From positions 5,582,001 through 5,646,000 of the forward strand of contig CM119373.1 in the NCBI GenBank assembly GCA_051294905.1: DNA of 64,000 nt. The letters are read 5' to 3'. Below are positions 38,901-50,134 of the stretch, in pieces. Both the position numbers and the translations under genes were made by a program. Source of the DNA: Botryllus schlosseri. Taxonomy: Eukaryota. The stretch's first letter is position 1; every line of letters begins with the position of its first letter. The notes beneath the pieces are model-generated. The model had not been told where the DNA came from, searched no databases, and saw nothing but the letters and a program-made list of their open reading frames with translations.

Positions 38901-41900
38901 ATACCACGGCATAATTCTGAGCTAAATGCTGTTTTTGTAGACCAGCTTTAGGCCACCTACAGTTATAGCGAACAGAGCGTGTATTTTCACCCGCGTACCA
39001 TCCCTGATATACGGGTGTGATAATACACCCATGGTACACGAAACCATAACATACCTCAGACTTCGAGTACAACATTTTAATCCAAAGTAGGAAGATATGT
39101 ACGTAAGTACGTAAGATTTATGACCGCGATATAATTCTTAGTTTGGCTCTGTTTTCGTGTGACACCTTTCCCGGCCCCTTGGGTGTACAGTGCTTCTGAC
39201 TTAGTTTTGCAAACCCGAATAATCTGAGCGTGTCATTCATTTAGGACTACCCAGTCGACGACCCCAAAAAGATAAGTGATTCGGTTTATTCTGGGAGGTT
39301 CGTGATAACCGAAGCGGAACCTGCCTTCGATGCTGCCGATTTCGCTAGAGCTGGAAGAGATATTTTTGCTCAGAGAAGTCAAGTGAGTTTCTCCTAGCCG
39401 CATTAAAACAGATTCTTGGAGGTACGGAAGTGCAATTGAATTGTATTACACTCGAATATTTTCAGCTGTCACTCGTCAGGGATTATCGTTGGCAACTAGT
39501 ACAGAAATCAAAAGAACCCTCTTTATCAACAGTGGTATCACTATATACGAATTCGCAGGCATACAAATTCAAATAATCTTCTCGCTTTGAGACACAATTG
39601 CTGCAGTGGTAAATCGATATTACGGCAATCGCAAAATAACAATGCCATGTTCACCACCACACAATTACTTCCTGCAAGAGCAAAACCTTCCTTCCTGCAT
39701 CATAGCAATCGGCAATATAATTTACAAATTGAAGTGACACTGTAACCGTATGTATAGGTTGAAAGAACAATAAAGTGCCTGTAGGTAGGTAGGTACGCAT
39801 CAAACAATTTGTTCCAAGCATATTCCCACAACTAGATAATTCTAATGGTTTCAATGCTTCAATTTTAATTCTAATCTATTTTTTTTAAATGCTACAGGAG
39901 ATATGTATAGTGCGAACAAATGTGGTCAAAGTAGACCAGAAAGCTACTCAAGGAGAAGTAAAAGTAGCGACGCAAAAATCGACTCAAGTACGAGTAGAAG
40001 TAGTACTTTAAAAGTAGCCTAAAACTACTTGAAGTAGAAGTAGAATTGACAGACTTTCAATCTACTCAAGTAAGTAAATAGTTGTGAGAACGGTCGTAAT
40101 TCGTTCGGAAGGACTGTCATAAGCTGCAAATCGAGGTAGGCGGAAGGTATATGGACCTTGATTCATATTGATGCATTTCAGGAGGTGTCAATTTTCGACA
40201 GAATAAGCATTTGTCCTCATCATGCGATGCAAATAAATGAATTGATACGTAAATGTATTAATTCTTCGTTTACTGGAACACCCTGGTTTAGAAAATTTCG
40301 TTGCATGGCGCGCTCTCCCATATTATGAGGCCAGTAGGGCAGGCGAAGACCAATACTGAGAAGTTGCATCGAATACGATGTTAGCACTTTGCGCGATTAA
40401 GAAAAATACGTCGGAGCGAAAAATGACATATAGTGTAGCTTCATTTTCGGAAGATAGAGGCATCACTACACTTGCTTTTATACTTCAACAGAGTTGTTCT
40501 GCAGACAAAAAAAACTGAAACTAATTAGACCTCAAAGTAATGAAAGTATGTTACTGGGAATCGAAAGGAAGATACAAATACTATACTTCCTAAAATCAGA
40601 AAATATATTTCATGTCTTCTGTCCGGACGGTTTCAACGTTGGTCTGCTAATACAGGTCTAACACTCGAAATAACAGAGTCCACTTTTCCTGATCATGCTA
40701 CGGGCTGCCAGATTACTATATGATAATTATTTGCTAGATTGCGAAAGAGTAGTTTCAAACGTTATGATGGGCCATATTTACTGTGATGAAATGTTTCGTA
40801 TAGGCAACAATCTGGTGAGAACGGAATAACACAACCCGCTACCTGAAGTGAATTCACTGATACTTTCGTAAAAACATATTTGTCAGTCCATAACCTATGT
40901 GCGCGAAGCGCGACGAAAATTATGGGCTTTAGGCTACTTAACTTTTAAGAAAATCAAATGTTGGTGCTCCATGAAAACAGCCTCGAAATTTATCTGACTA
41001 TCTTTGTAACTGAGGGATTAAACCAATTCTACTTGACAGAATGGAAATAGCGAAAAGTAAGTAAGTTGATCACAAGATAGTACGACGTAGAAGCAGAACT
41101 AGTAGAAATTAGATTTACTGGAGTAAGTACCCCAAGTAGTGGAAAACTACTGGACTACTTCGAAAAAGTAGTACTTCGTTACTGACTACCTCTTAGTGCG
41201 AAACGAGTTAATCTTGGAGTATATACTATTTCGATTCGCATGCTTATGAGGATGGAGTGCAATTTGATATGAACTGTGTTATGTTCTTGATCTTGTTTGA
41301 ACAATAACTCACACGACGATGTTGCAATATGAAATCAGTATATTATCAGTAGAATAAATTTTATACAGGCGACACGATCCAGAGTGCATTTAAACGAAAG
41401 ACCAGCAGACAACAGAACACAGGGTATAAATAAGAAGTACGAAACACGAGGAAATAATGATTGGCGGTAATTACTAATCCTAGACAAACGAGAGACAAAC
41501 GATACCGACGTAAAATGCACGAACATAACAAACTGTGCATGGGATTTATTGTATTTTATTCAAATTGAGTACTTATTTACCTTACCAATTTTTCGTAAAT
41601 TCAGTCACTTTAATTCTAATCTAATTTTGATAGCCTGAATTTCGTCGATTTGCCTCTCTAGAGTCTAGATCAGTGGTTCCCAACCGGTGGGGAATTCCCC
41701 ACTTGTGGGAAATTCGATGGTTTCAAGTGCGGAATAGAGGCATTTGGTAAATATTATATACAGGATAGTCTACATATTTACGGAAACTCATGAGGGATTA
41801 CCGTTACAAGTTGACTGCTCTGGAATTTATGTATCGAAAATTTTATTGGGTGCTGTTCACAAAAACTCATCTTCGCAATACAGCAGCAGAATTCGCATAA

Positions 41901-44900
41901 ATAGTAAGGCAAACTGTGGTGTTTTCTGTATTATGTTTTGTTGAAATGTTTCATTTGTTGAATATCATCTGCTTTCTTTACACTGCTTTTTTACCCTTTT
42001 CCAATTGCAAGTCCCTGCTAAATGTCCTGCTAAATGTTATGTAGGGGCACTTTTAAAGAGTATATAGGAGTTTTGTCTAGTGGGCAATGAATACTCGGAA
42101 TAAATCTGATGCGAGGAATGAAGACGAAAAGGTTGGGAACGACTAGTCGAGATAACATCATCAATACAGAATTAAACAAAAGTAGGTATGGTATGAAGGC
42201 CGGACCAAGGGCCGTAACTGCCCTCCAGCCCCCCTCCCTCCGCCACCCCACGTTATCGAAGGAAGGTTAAAATTATTTCATGATAGTACATAAATTATGG
42301 AATATTTTACGGAGATTCACGCACCTTTTTCCAAGATTTCTTCAGTCTTTGCGTGATTTACTGTCGCTGAATGTCTTGATATTAATCGGATGTACAGAAA
42401 TAGGCATTTCAGCATCGGTCGAACAGAACGTTTGCAAAACCCATTTCTCCAATTTTAGAGACTATTCATTTCTTGTTGAATGCAGGTTACTAACAAAGCC
42501 GGCATCGAGTGGATGAGGAGACATCTGGAACCCAATTACCGCGTCCATCAGGTTGCATTCGAAGACCCCAATCCACTTCATATCGACGCGACATTCAACA
42601 TGATCGCACCAGGACTTGCAATATCTAACCCGGAGTGGCCGTTATTGAGTGTAATCATTTCATTTTCGGTATTTTAACGTAGTGCAAGTATTCTCAACCT
42701 TTTATTGGCAGTGGCCCATTTTTCCGGTTTGAAAATGTTCTGCTGCCCACCTCTTTACTTAGAGTCATAGAACTGTTCAATGCATGGTAATCGACGGCGC
42801 CGATAGGACTATTTCTCCAAATATTGCACAGTTTTCTTTTACTGATGATATATAAATCTAGTTTTGTTCAAGTTGAATAAATATCCTCCAACAAGTGACC
42901 AACGAAATACATTTGGGCACCTTCGAGCTCCCCCAATTGACGGTTTGGGTGCGGAAGTTACCGCCCTGGTAGATCGTAGTCTTTAGCTCTTGTGTAGATT
43001 ATGATCGTCCACTGCCCACTAGCGTCGCGAAACACAATCATCTAATCCCCGCATCCACTGTGTGATTGGGGTTGTGGGGAATATTATAATCATCCTTTGG
43101 CAACTTCAAAAAATTCTTTTGTGAATGGGGTACTACAGAGTAGTCGAGAAATAACTTTTTCGTATGCAAGCTGTACCTGTACAATGAACATTGTTGGCTA
43201 TGTGTTGCACATACTGAAGTTGCGATGTCAGGACATTAAATCCAATGATACAATCAATTCATGACACTCTTACATTATGTACAATGATTTCAAGTATGAA
43301 AATTTTAAACCAATTCCAAAGATAAATGCGCTCCGCTAAATCTTCAATCCATTGCTGCGGTGCCGTATACCTTCACCGGAACCCTATAATATTAATTGAC
43401 AATAATTTGCAATCATGGCTATTTTTATCTTACAATAATACGATCTGCCGAAGTAATTTGAATCTACATCAATTACACTTCAGTCCGAATTTATTGCACA
43501 CTCTTTTCAAGGGCATACGACATATGCCCCTGCCAAAATACTTGGTTGCCTCAGCATTACCTTCTGTTATTATACACTCGTAATCATTGTAGTTGCTGTT
43601 AGCCGTAGGATGTCATCGCTGCGGGAAAATCCGCCGTTGCCCCTCCCGTTTTCGACTTTTACATTGTGACCCCATAAGTGCCACTACGTTACATCAGAGA
43701 CGGTTGAAAAGCTTTATGTAGCCAACGTATTATTCGATAATAATAGCATATTTTTGAGCGAACAACATACCAAATATTATAACTGAACTTACACTAATTC
43801 TACGATTTTCAAAATAGCTTGGTGGCCCACCTCAAATGATCCTGTGGCTCCTCCTTTGAGAACCCCTGACTTAGAGCAAGGGTGTTTAAATTTTTTGCTA
43901 GTCATGGCCGCATTTGGAATGCGTGTGCGGCGTACGATTACCAGCCATTGGACCTCCGTAATAGCGCCAACGGAGCGGATCTGGACAACTAGATAATTAT
44001 AATGGCTTCATGACACTAATTAGAGCGAAATGAAGGTAATCTGATTGTAATTTTTGATGTTTCTATGCTCCTAGTTTAATTCTAATGTAATTTCTGGTTT
44101 TCTTGAGAATGCTGAGAAATGCATAGTGCGAAACGAGTCAAACTTGTTGTACAGACATTTGTCATTCCTATTCTTATGATAATGATCTCTGATTTGATAT
44201 ATATTGAGCCTGATTTTATTTGTGGTTGTCTTACTATGCGCCGGAGCGCCTCCTAAATACCAATCGGCGCGCCCAATAATATTTTACTAACTGCTGGAAG
44301 ATTCGCATCCGAGAGATCGTTAGACCGCGTGGAGTCACTAAATATATTCATCCCATGATCTTGTTGCGACGCACTATTTCGGCCATGAGGCAGTAAATTT
44401 TCGATTCAAACTTGTGAGATCATCAACTTCTTCTGTTCATGAATCCGATTTAGATTTACCGTCAACAGTCCGCCGATGTGTACGTTGCTGACTCATTTTT
44501 TCTTATAGTCGGACATAATGGACATGTTCAAGAAAGCTGGCTGGAAAATAGTGAAAGCTCCTTATTCAGCCTTCCCAGACTGTGAGTATCAATACATCGG
44601 TTGCTATTGCACTCAATGAGTCACCATGTTGTAAGCATAGACGACGAAATAGAAGTTACTTGTTCTTGCTCTATCTTCCCGTAATCTAAACCAGAGGTAT
44701 CAAACTCAAATATGCTCGCGGGCCAATTTCTTGGTTTTTGATGGCTTCGCGGGCCGCAGCACCAATAACAGGGATATTTATAGTATCTCAAACTAGTCCT
44801 TATTGGAAGGGACCTTGCAGATTGGTATTAAACAAACATCGTGGAAATGTGATTTACTTATTGCGAAGTCACGCCTGGCATGAAAAAAATCATATTTTTA

Positions 44901-47852
44901 AATATTTAAATAAATTTTCTGTGGTATTTGGCATAGTTTGTAAAAATAATTAGTTATAGAGACCTTGCTAGTGTACAAATGCATCATGACGTGCATGCAT
45001 CAGAGCTAGATTTACCTTCGAATATCGTAACTGATCAATAAAAACATGAATATGATGATCAATGTGTCATAGTAATAAAACAGTCCAATCGCCGAGGAAT
45101 CCATTATTTTTATAGCGGAGAAGCATACCTCTACCTCACTCGCCACCTTGAATTGGCGATATTAACATGGATATACAGACTCAAGATGGCGCAGGATGTA
45201 ACTAATTACACGTCGAGGGGCAACAGAATGCCAACGATTGCCATTGTCATTTCGACCTGCGTAGATAGCTGAATACGCTAAGCTACGCAACGTTAGCTAC
45301 GAGCTTTTGATCTATCATTATTTCCCATAACAGTCTGATAGTTTGTTGCGTTCGTGGCCGTACCAAGTCTCGGCGTTTCGAGTCACAAGTCATTCTCTTA
45401 TTGTAAAGTTTGACCAGACCAAAGTTGGGTCATTTATATTTTATCCCCCATTCAGTCCGAGTTTGAGTAATTCTATAGAAGGTCGCGCCCCAGCAGTCCA
45501 AATCATAATTTTCAGTCACGAATCATCAACGGGTCATATTTTACCATCATAAACAGGTATCATGACGTAAAAGCTGATCTTCCTCCGCATGGTAACTTTT
45601 GGAAGTTATGTGATAGTGAAATTAATGAGTAGTTTTCGGGTTTTGGAGTAGTTTTGAAGCAAATGTTAAGTTCTCAAAACTACAAAAATATATATGTAGC
45701 AGTTAATTGTTGTCGAATACGTCCAATTCCAAAATGACAACGCCGGCTGCGTGTCTGATACCCCTGATCTAACCGGTGTTTCTAAAACGGGGGCCCGTCG
45801 AGGTGTGCATGAGCACATATGCAGGATGTTGTTAGCGTACCATATTAGCCTACCGTGTTTTCTACAACAAAAGAAAATACATTTGTTCACACTGTTTAGC
45901 GGTCAAGTAACACGAAATTATAATTGTTACGTTTGAGTTTGATGAAGTTTTAGTTGTAGGAAAAACTTACAAAATCAAAGCAGAACAAAAGTTACAGGAA
46001 CAAAAAACAAAAACAAACTTAATTCGGAAAATAGCTCCAGATCCTTTCATGTAAAAATGCCCAGATGGTAGAGCGAACGTCGAACAATGCTTGCAAATCA
46101 AGAAGGTAGGACCTATTGTTTGTAACATTCTTGAAACAAGCAATAAAGAATGTGACATGATCACAGTAATTTTTGAAAATATATACAACGCCTCGCTTGA
46201 AAGCATTGTTGGAAATTAAAGCAACTAACTCGAAATCCGAAAAAGCACGTTTCGGCACGTTTAGCGTACATGAAAAACCATTCAATTTTCTCAAGAAAAT
46301 TGGACAAATCCTCCTAGAAGAGGGCATGCGGTAGGCCTATGTAAGTGTGCTTCCGACGTTTTAAAAATTTCATTGTTTCATTAGCTGAAAAAGTTTGGTA
46401 ACCACTTGGATAGACAGCGTGGAATGCTTTAACGCCAAGATGAAACTGCGTTATTTATTTCCAGCTTACTTCAAGTGGCGCTCGTCCAAGTGGCTCTCAA
46501 TGAACACGCTGATGTTGGATGAAAAGCGCGTCGTTTGTGACGCGAACGAGCCGCCGATCATCAAGATGTTTGAGAGTCTAGGTATGTTGAAACCTAGACA
46601 TGCTTCGAAAAGTGCTGTAAAATCTTCTTGTAGTTATTTTAGCATTTTAATACGTCAGTGGTTCTCAACCGGGAGTCTGCGAAGCATTTTGAGGAGGTCC
46701 GCGAAACCTCTAAATTTACAATCTGATATGATAACCTAATTTTGAAATTAGGGAAATTACGAGGCAATTACTGTACTTAATGACTCACATCAACAGAATG
46801 ATCGATGAAATGAAACATCCTACTGTTTGAAGATGTTTGAAATGGTAATGGGATTTGTGAAAAAAAGTTGAAATAGTAAGGTCAATCAGCTTGACTTATT
46901 TCCAAAAATTCATTTTCTCCTGCTATCAACATAACCTGTGATATGCATAAGAACTATTCTAGAACAACTTCAAAATGAGCCGCCAGATCAAAATGACTTG
47001 GCAGTACATTATATGTTCCTTAAAAATTCGGTTTCTCAATTTTGCTGAGGTGTATGTTGCGATCATACCCAAAGGTGTCGCCAGAATCGTTGCCCGTTAT
47101 TGTTACATTCGCGACCACATATCTTCATGGAACTATATCTTCGGCACTCGTTCATATAAAATCGAAGGGGCAAATTTTCACGACGCGACCTCGTACTTCA
47201 AGAAATGCAGTTGCGAAATTCGCTACCGTCTGCCCAATTTATACAGAAATAGCATGATGTTAGTTTCGAGTAAATTTATTTTGTTACTCTTTGTCACTAC
47301 AGTTAATATTTGCAAAACGCAGATGACGGTCGCACTATGGTTGAACTAAATTTGAACTATAACTTGAGACCCACTGTAATACGTCATCGAGGTTATTTCA
47401 AAATGTCCTCATGGAAAAATTCGTCCCATCGAGTCCGACAAAAACGTGATCCGAAGATTATTACCGGAGACGGTCAAAGTGTCAGCGTTGCTACTAGTAG
47501 TAACGTCGTTTCAAAATGTAGGTTTGGCCGAGGCGTCACGTATTTTTAGCAGTTAACCGAAGGTGAAGGACTAATGGCATGCGCAATTTTAGAATCTGTA
47601 CATTCAGATACCGTGATTCAGGGGCACGGTTGTCATGACAATTTTGCTAAGAGATATGATGCAGGCAAACGTTAAAACTTCTTTCTACAACCAGTAAACT
47701 TTCCCGAGAGTTGACCCTTCACATGCTGATATATTCATTCAGGAATCAAAACCATCAAAGTCGATATTAGCTCCGCATACCCATTGGGAGGTGGCTTTCA
47801 TTGTTGGACGTGTGACGTAAGAAGAAAAGGAACTCTGCAATCGTATTTCTAG
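32874..47852 (+). CDS. GATM: Glycine amidinotransferase (AGAT)-family gene, 9 coding exons, 392 aa: 32874-32942, 33133-33249, 34116-34311, 35568-35761, 39245-39382, 42486-42650, 44509-44581, 46465-46581, 47743-47852
   Basis: All introns are GT-AG with compatible phases; spliced length is 1179 nt with no stop before TAG 47850-52. Motifs: [65 protein letters not shown] (catalytic Asp, His, Cys present). Orthology versus paralogy is not resolved. Confidence 0.95.
33133..33249 (+). CDS. GATM: GATM exon 2
   Basis: tacag|[39 protein letters not shown]|gtgagt. Confidence 0.93.
33568..33841 (-). mobile_element. tRNA-derived SINE in GATM intron 2
   Basis: A-box TAGCGCAATGG, B-box-like GGCTCAAGTC, A/CAA-rich tail; several copies in the window. 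Confidence 0.75.
34116..34311 (+). CDS. GATM: GATM exon 3
   Basis: gacag|ATTRKDQW...[26 protein letters not shown]|gtcggt. Confidence 0.93.
35568..35761 (+). CDS. GATM: GATM exon 4
   Basis: gacag|[35 protein letters not shown]...ALYDQ|gtgatt. Confidence 0.93.
36156..37662. mobile_element. Non-autonomous hAT element with a nested GACTCGAGTC-motif element (36321-37125)
   Basis: TIR CAGTGGTTCCCAACC; perfect TSD GCTTAAAT; nested CAGGGCT...AGCCCTG element. Confidence 0.85.
38106..38853. mobile_element. Older, deleted family A hAT copy in GATM intron 4
   Basis: Degenerate TIRs; TSD TTCTAGTT/TTTTAGTT; internal similarity to ~9170-9650. Confidence 0.7.
39245..39382 (+). CDS. GATM: GATM exon 5 (absent from the ORF track)
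   Basis: tttag|[46 protein letters not shown]|gtgagt. Confidence 0.93.
39917..41194. mobile_element. Non-autonomous DNA transposon with (AGTAGA)n subterminal motifs
   Basis: Perfect TSD AGTGCGAA; degenerate CAGAGGTGGTC TIRs; homologous to 21430-22350 and 19128-19392. Confidence 0.82.
41671..42145. mobile_element. hAT MITE related to family B, in GATM intron 5
   Basis: TIRs; TSD GTCTAGAT/GTCGAGAT; both ends match 18647-19461. Confidence 0.75.
42486..42650 (+). CDS. GATM: GATM exon 6
   Basis: tgcag|[14 protein letters not shown]...[11 protein letters not shown]...SNPEWPLLS|gtaatc. Confidence 0.93.
44509..44581 (+). CDS. GATM: GATM exon 7 (absent from the ORF track)
   Basis: ttatag|[25 protein letters not shown]|gtgagt. 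Confidence 0.88.
46465..46581 (+). CDS. GATM: GATM exon 8
   Basis: ttccag|[39 protein letters not shown]|gtatgt. Confidence 0.93.
47743..47852 (+). CDS. GATM: GATM exon 9, last coding exon with the catalytic Cys
   Basis: ttcag|[35 protein letters not shown]. Confidence 0.95.
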
Positions 47853-48044
47853 AACACACTTCAAAACCATCACTACATCCGCTTTGCTTCCTTGCAAAGA
47901 GACCTGGGATTGCTTTAGTCGTCTTGAAGATTACGAATGTTATATCTATTGGTAAACACTGTCGTTGTCCTCAGTACCAGCACACTATTGTCAGTTGAGT
48001 TATCTCTTTATATAAATAAGAGACAATTCTTCAAAAAATATACA

Positions 48045-48315
48045 TGTTGCTGTTGTTGCGTGTGGTATTCATGGTGTTTGTCGACTGCTATGGTCATTTG
48101 CACGAGGGGGAGTTTCATCATTTTTATTGCGTAGATGCCGACTTGTAGCACGGCCCACTTCTAGGCTTTTATAAGATAAAGCTTATACGGATGAGGTGCC
48201 TACATAATCCTCCAGTACTTATAGGTAGGAATTCTGGAGTCGACCTCGGTCTGACTCGAACCTGCAACCAATTGGTGTCGCAGCTGTGGATTATACCATT
48301 ACTCGCTCTCACCAC
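48045..48315 (-). mobile_element. tRNA-derived SINE, ~190 bp after the GATM stop
   Basis: Collinear with 33568-33841; B-box GGTTCGAGTC; (CAA)n tail. Confidence 0.75.
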
Positions 48316-50014
48316 ATACAATATACATATACATGTACCATATGATATAAAACACACGTAAGATGTAACAGACTTTTTTAATTATGGCTATTAAAGAAAG
48401 GTTCAACAAATGGCTCGATCCTGGAAGATAGCTATACAGTAAAGAGATTTTATCGATAAAAGAGATCAGCGAATGCTGGCGAACGCTGTATTCCTGAGAC
48501 AGGCGACAGTTTGGATCTCACTAGTGTAAATCACCAGACTGTGGGTTTGAAGTGATCAAGTTTTTGCAGGATCGAAAATGGTTGGCCTTGGACAACATGA
48601 GGTTAAAGCTGAATTAGTGAACCGAATACTGGCTATTACAATGAATACGCAAGTTTATGCTTCAGAACAGGTTGACAGGATTTGCAATAGCGTGCAATGT
48701 TCATATCAGCTGTGTACATTATACAGCTTGTAAATTAGGTTCCTTTGTGTGATGTCATAAGCAAATGTTTCTCCCCATCACCTTTGGCAATGAACTTGTT
48801 GGTACCTTTTGGAGTAGAACAGGGTGGGATTATCAGGTGTTCAGCTTGCGATATCTGTCTCTAAAGATTGTCGAGGAAACCACTGCAATAGCTTTGACGT
48901 TTCGAATTGGTACTTCCTGCGGCAAAATTATAAACAGCGCAGTGTAGATAATTGCATGGGCGTAGACCAGTGTTTCTCAACCCCGAGTCCGCGGACTCAT
49001 TTGAGTCCGCGTAAGGTCATGGGTGAGTCCGCGAACACAGAAATTTTAAGTAACTTAATCGGCACACACGTTGACAGATTATCAACCTGGTATTTCCACG
49101 TGTTTTTCAATGGAAAAGACGCCAGTCTCATTGTGAATTTATTATTTTAGATAACTTTATATCGATAAAACCTAATTTAGGGGTCTACGGACTTAGTTTT
49201 AGATTGAGAAGTCGAAAATCCACGGAAATGTCAAAATTTTCAATTTTTTCTTCCACCTCCGATATGATTTCGGAACATGTAATTGACAGACCTACGGGGC
49301 TCGTTCACTTTCGGACCAAAGTCATTGCAGCCTTACGGAGAAATAGCTTTTTGGTTCGAAAGTGAATGAGCCCCGTCCTGGTCCGGTTTCGTCAAATTCC
49401 GATTTTAGAATTAGGCTGCGGGATTCGCAAAATACCTATTTTGAAATGTAAGTAACCTTAATAGCTGTCATAAAAATGCATAGATATCTCAAATATGTGA
49501 CTGGCGGTACTCAACTTGAATAGTGCTTTCAGAACTACATTCATGCAGTAGAATTTATCACCTCGGTGGCTTTTCGGGTTTCCCTTGTCAAGAATTAACG
49601 GCGCTATAAGAAGGAGAAAGAGTCTGTATACAATCACTAAATATTCCAATAATATATACCGCTAATTGTCTGTGTAACGTCTTCTGTGTATTGTAAAATT
49701 TGATTCTCTCTTACCCCTTTATTATGACTACCGGAGTACCGGTACAGCTGACTTTGACCAGATACCGTTCCTTTTAATTATTGCATTGTTACGTCAAATT
49801 TTGCCAATTTCGATTTCGTTTGAATCTTTTTCTATATGCTTCTTATTGTGCCGTTAACTCTTGTTGATAAGGGGCATACCAAATGCCTTCAAGTTCTTAT
49901 ATTATACTGCAGTGACTATAGTTTTGAAAGCAATATTAGAGATAAATCAATAAGCGATGTTCGCCACGTATATTTCAAACGCAATAACAACGAAACAGCA
50001 CTACAACAAATTGA

Positions 50015-50134
50015 TCAGCATTGCAAGCAATATTCGTTCTTCTGAGATCTTCTTTGTCTTGGGCAAACCAGTTGGTTGCAAGTATCACAGGCAAAACGGG
50101 TATGCTTCGCACATCTGTAGCATCTTCCTGGTTT
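50015..50134 (-). pseudogene. piggyBac-like transposase C-terminal Cys-rich domain relic
   Basis: KPGRCYRCAKHTRFACDTCNQLVCPRQRRSQKNEYCLQC*; upstream frame has stops; a CCCTTT-type terminus candidate lies near 49715. Confidence 0.45.

Noticed and set aside
48440..48570. Plus-strand VWISL...LWV*SD lectin-like fragment
   Set aside because: Too degenerate, with multiple stops and no cysteine pattern.
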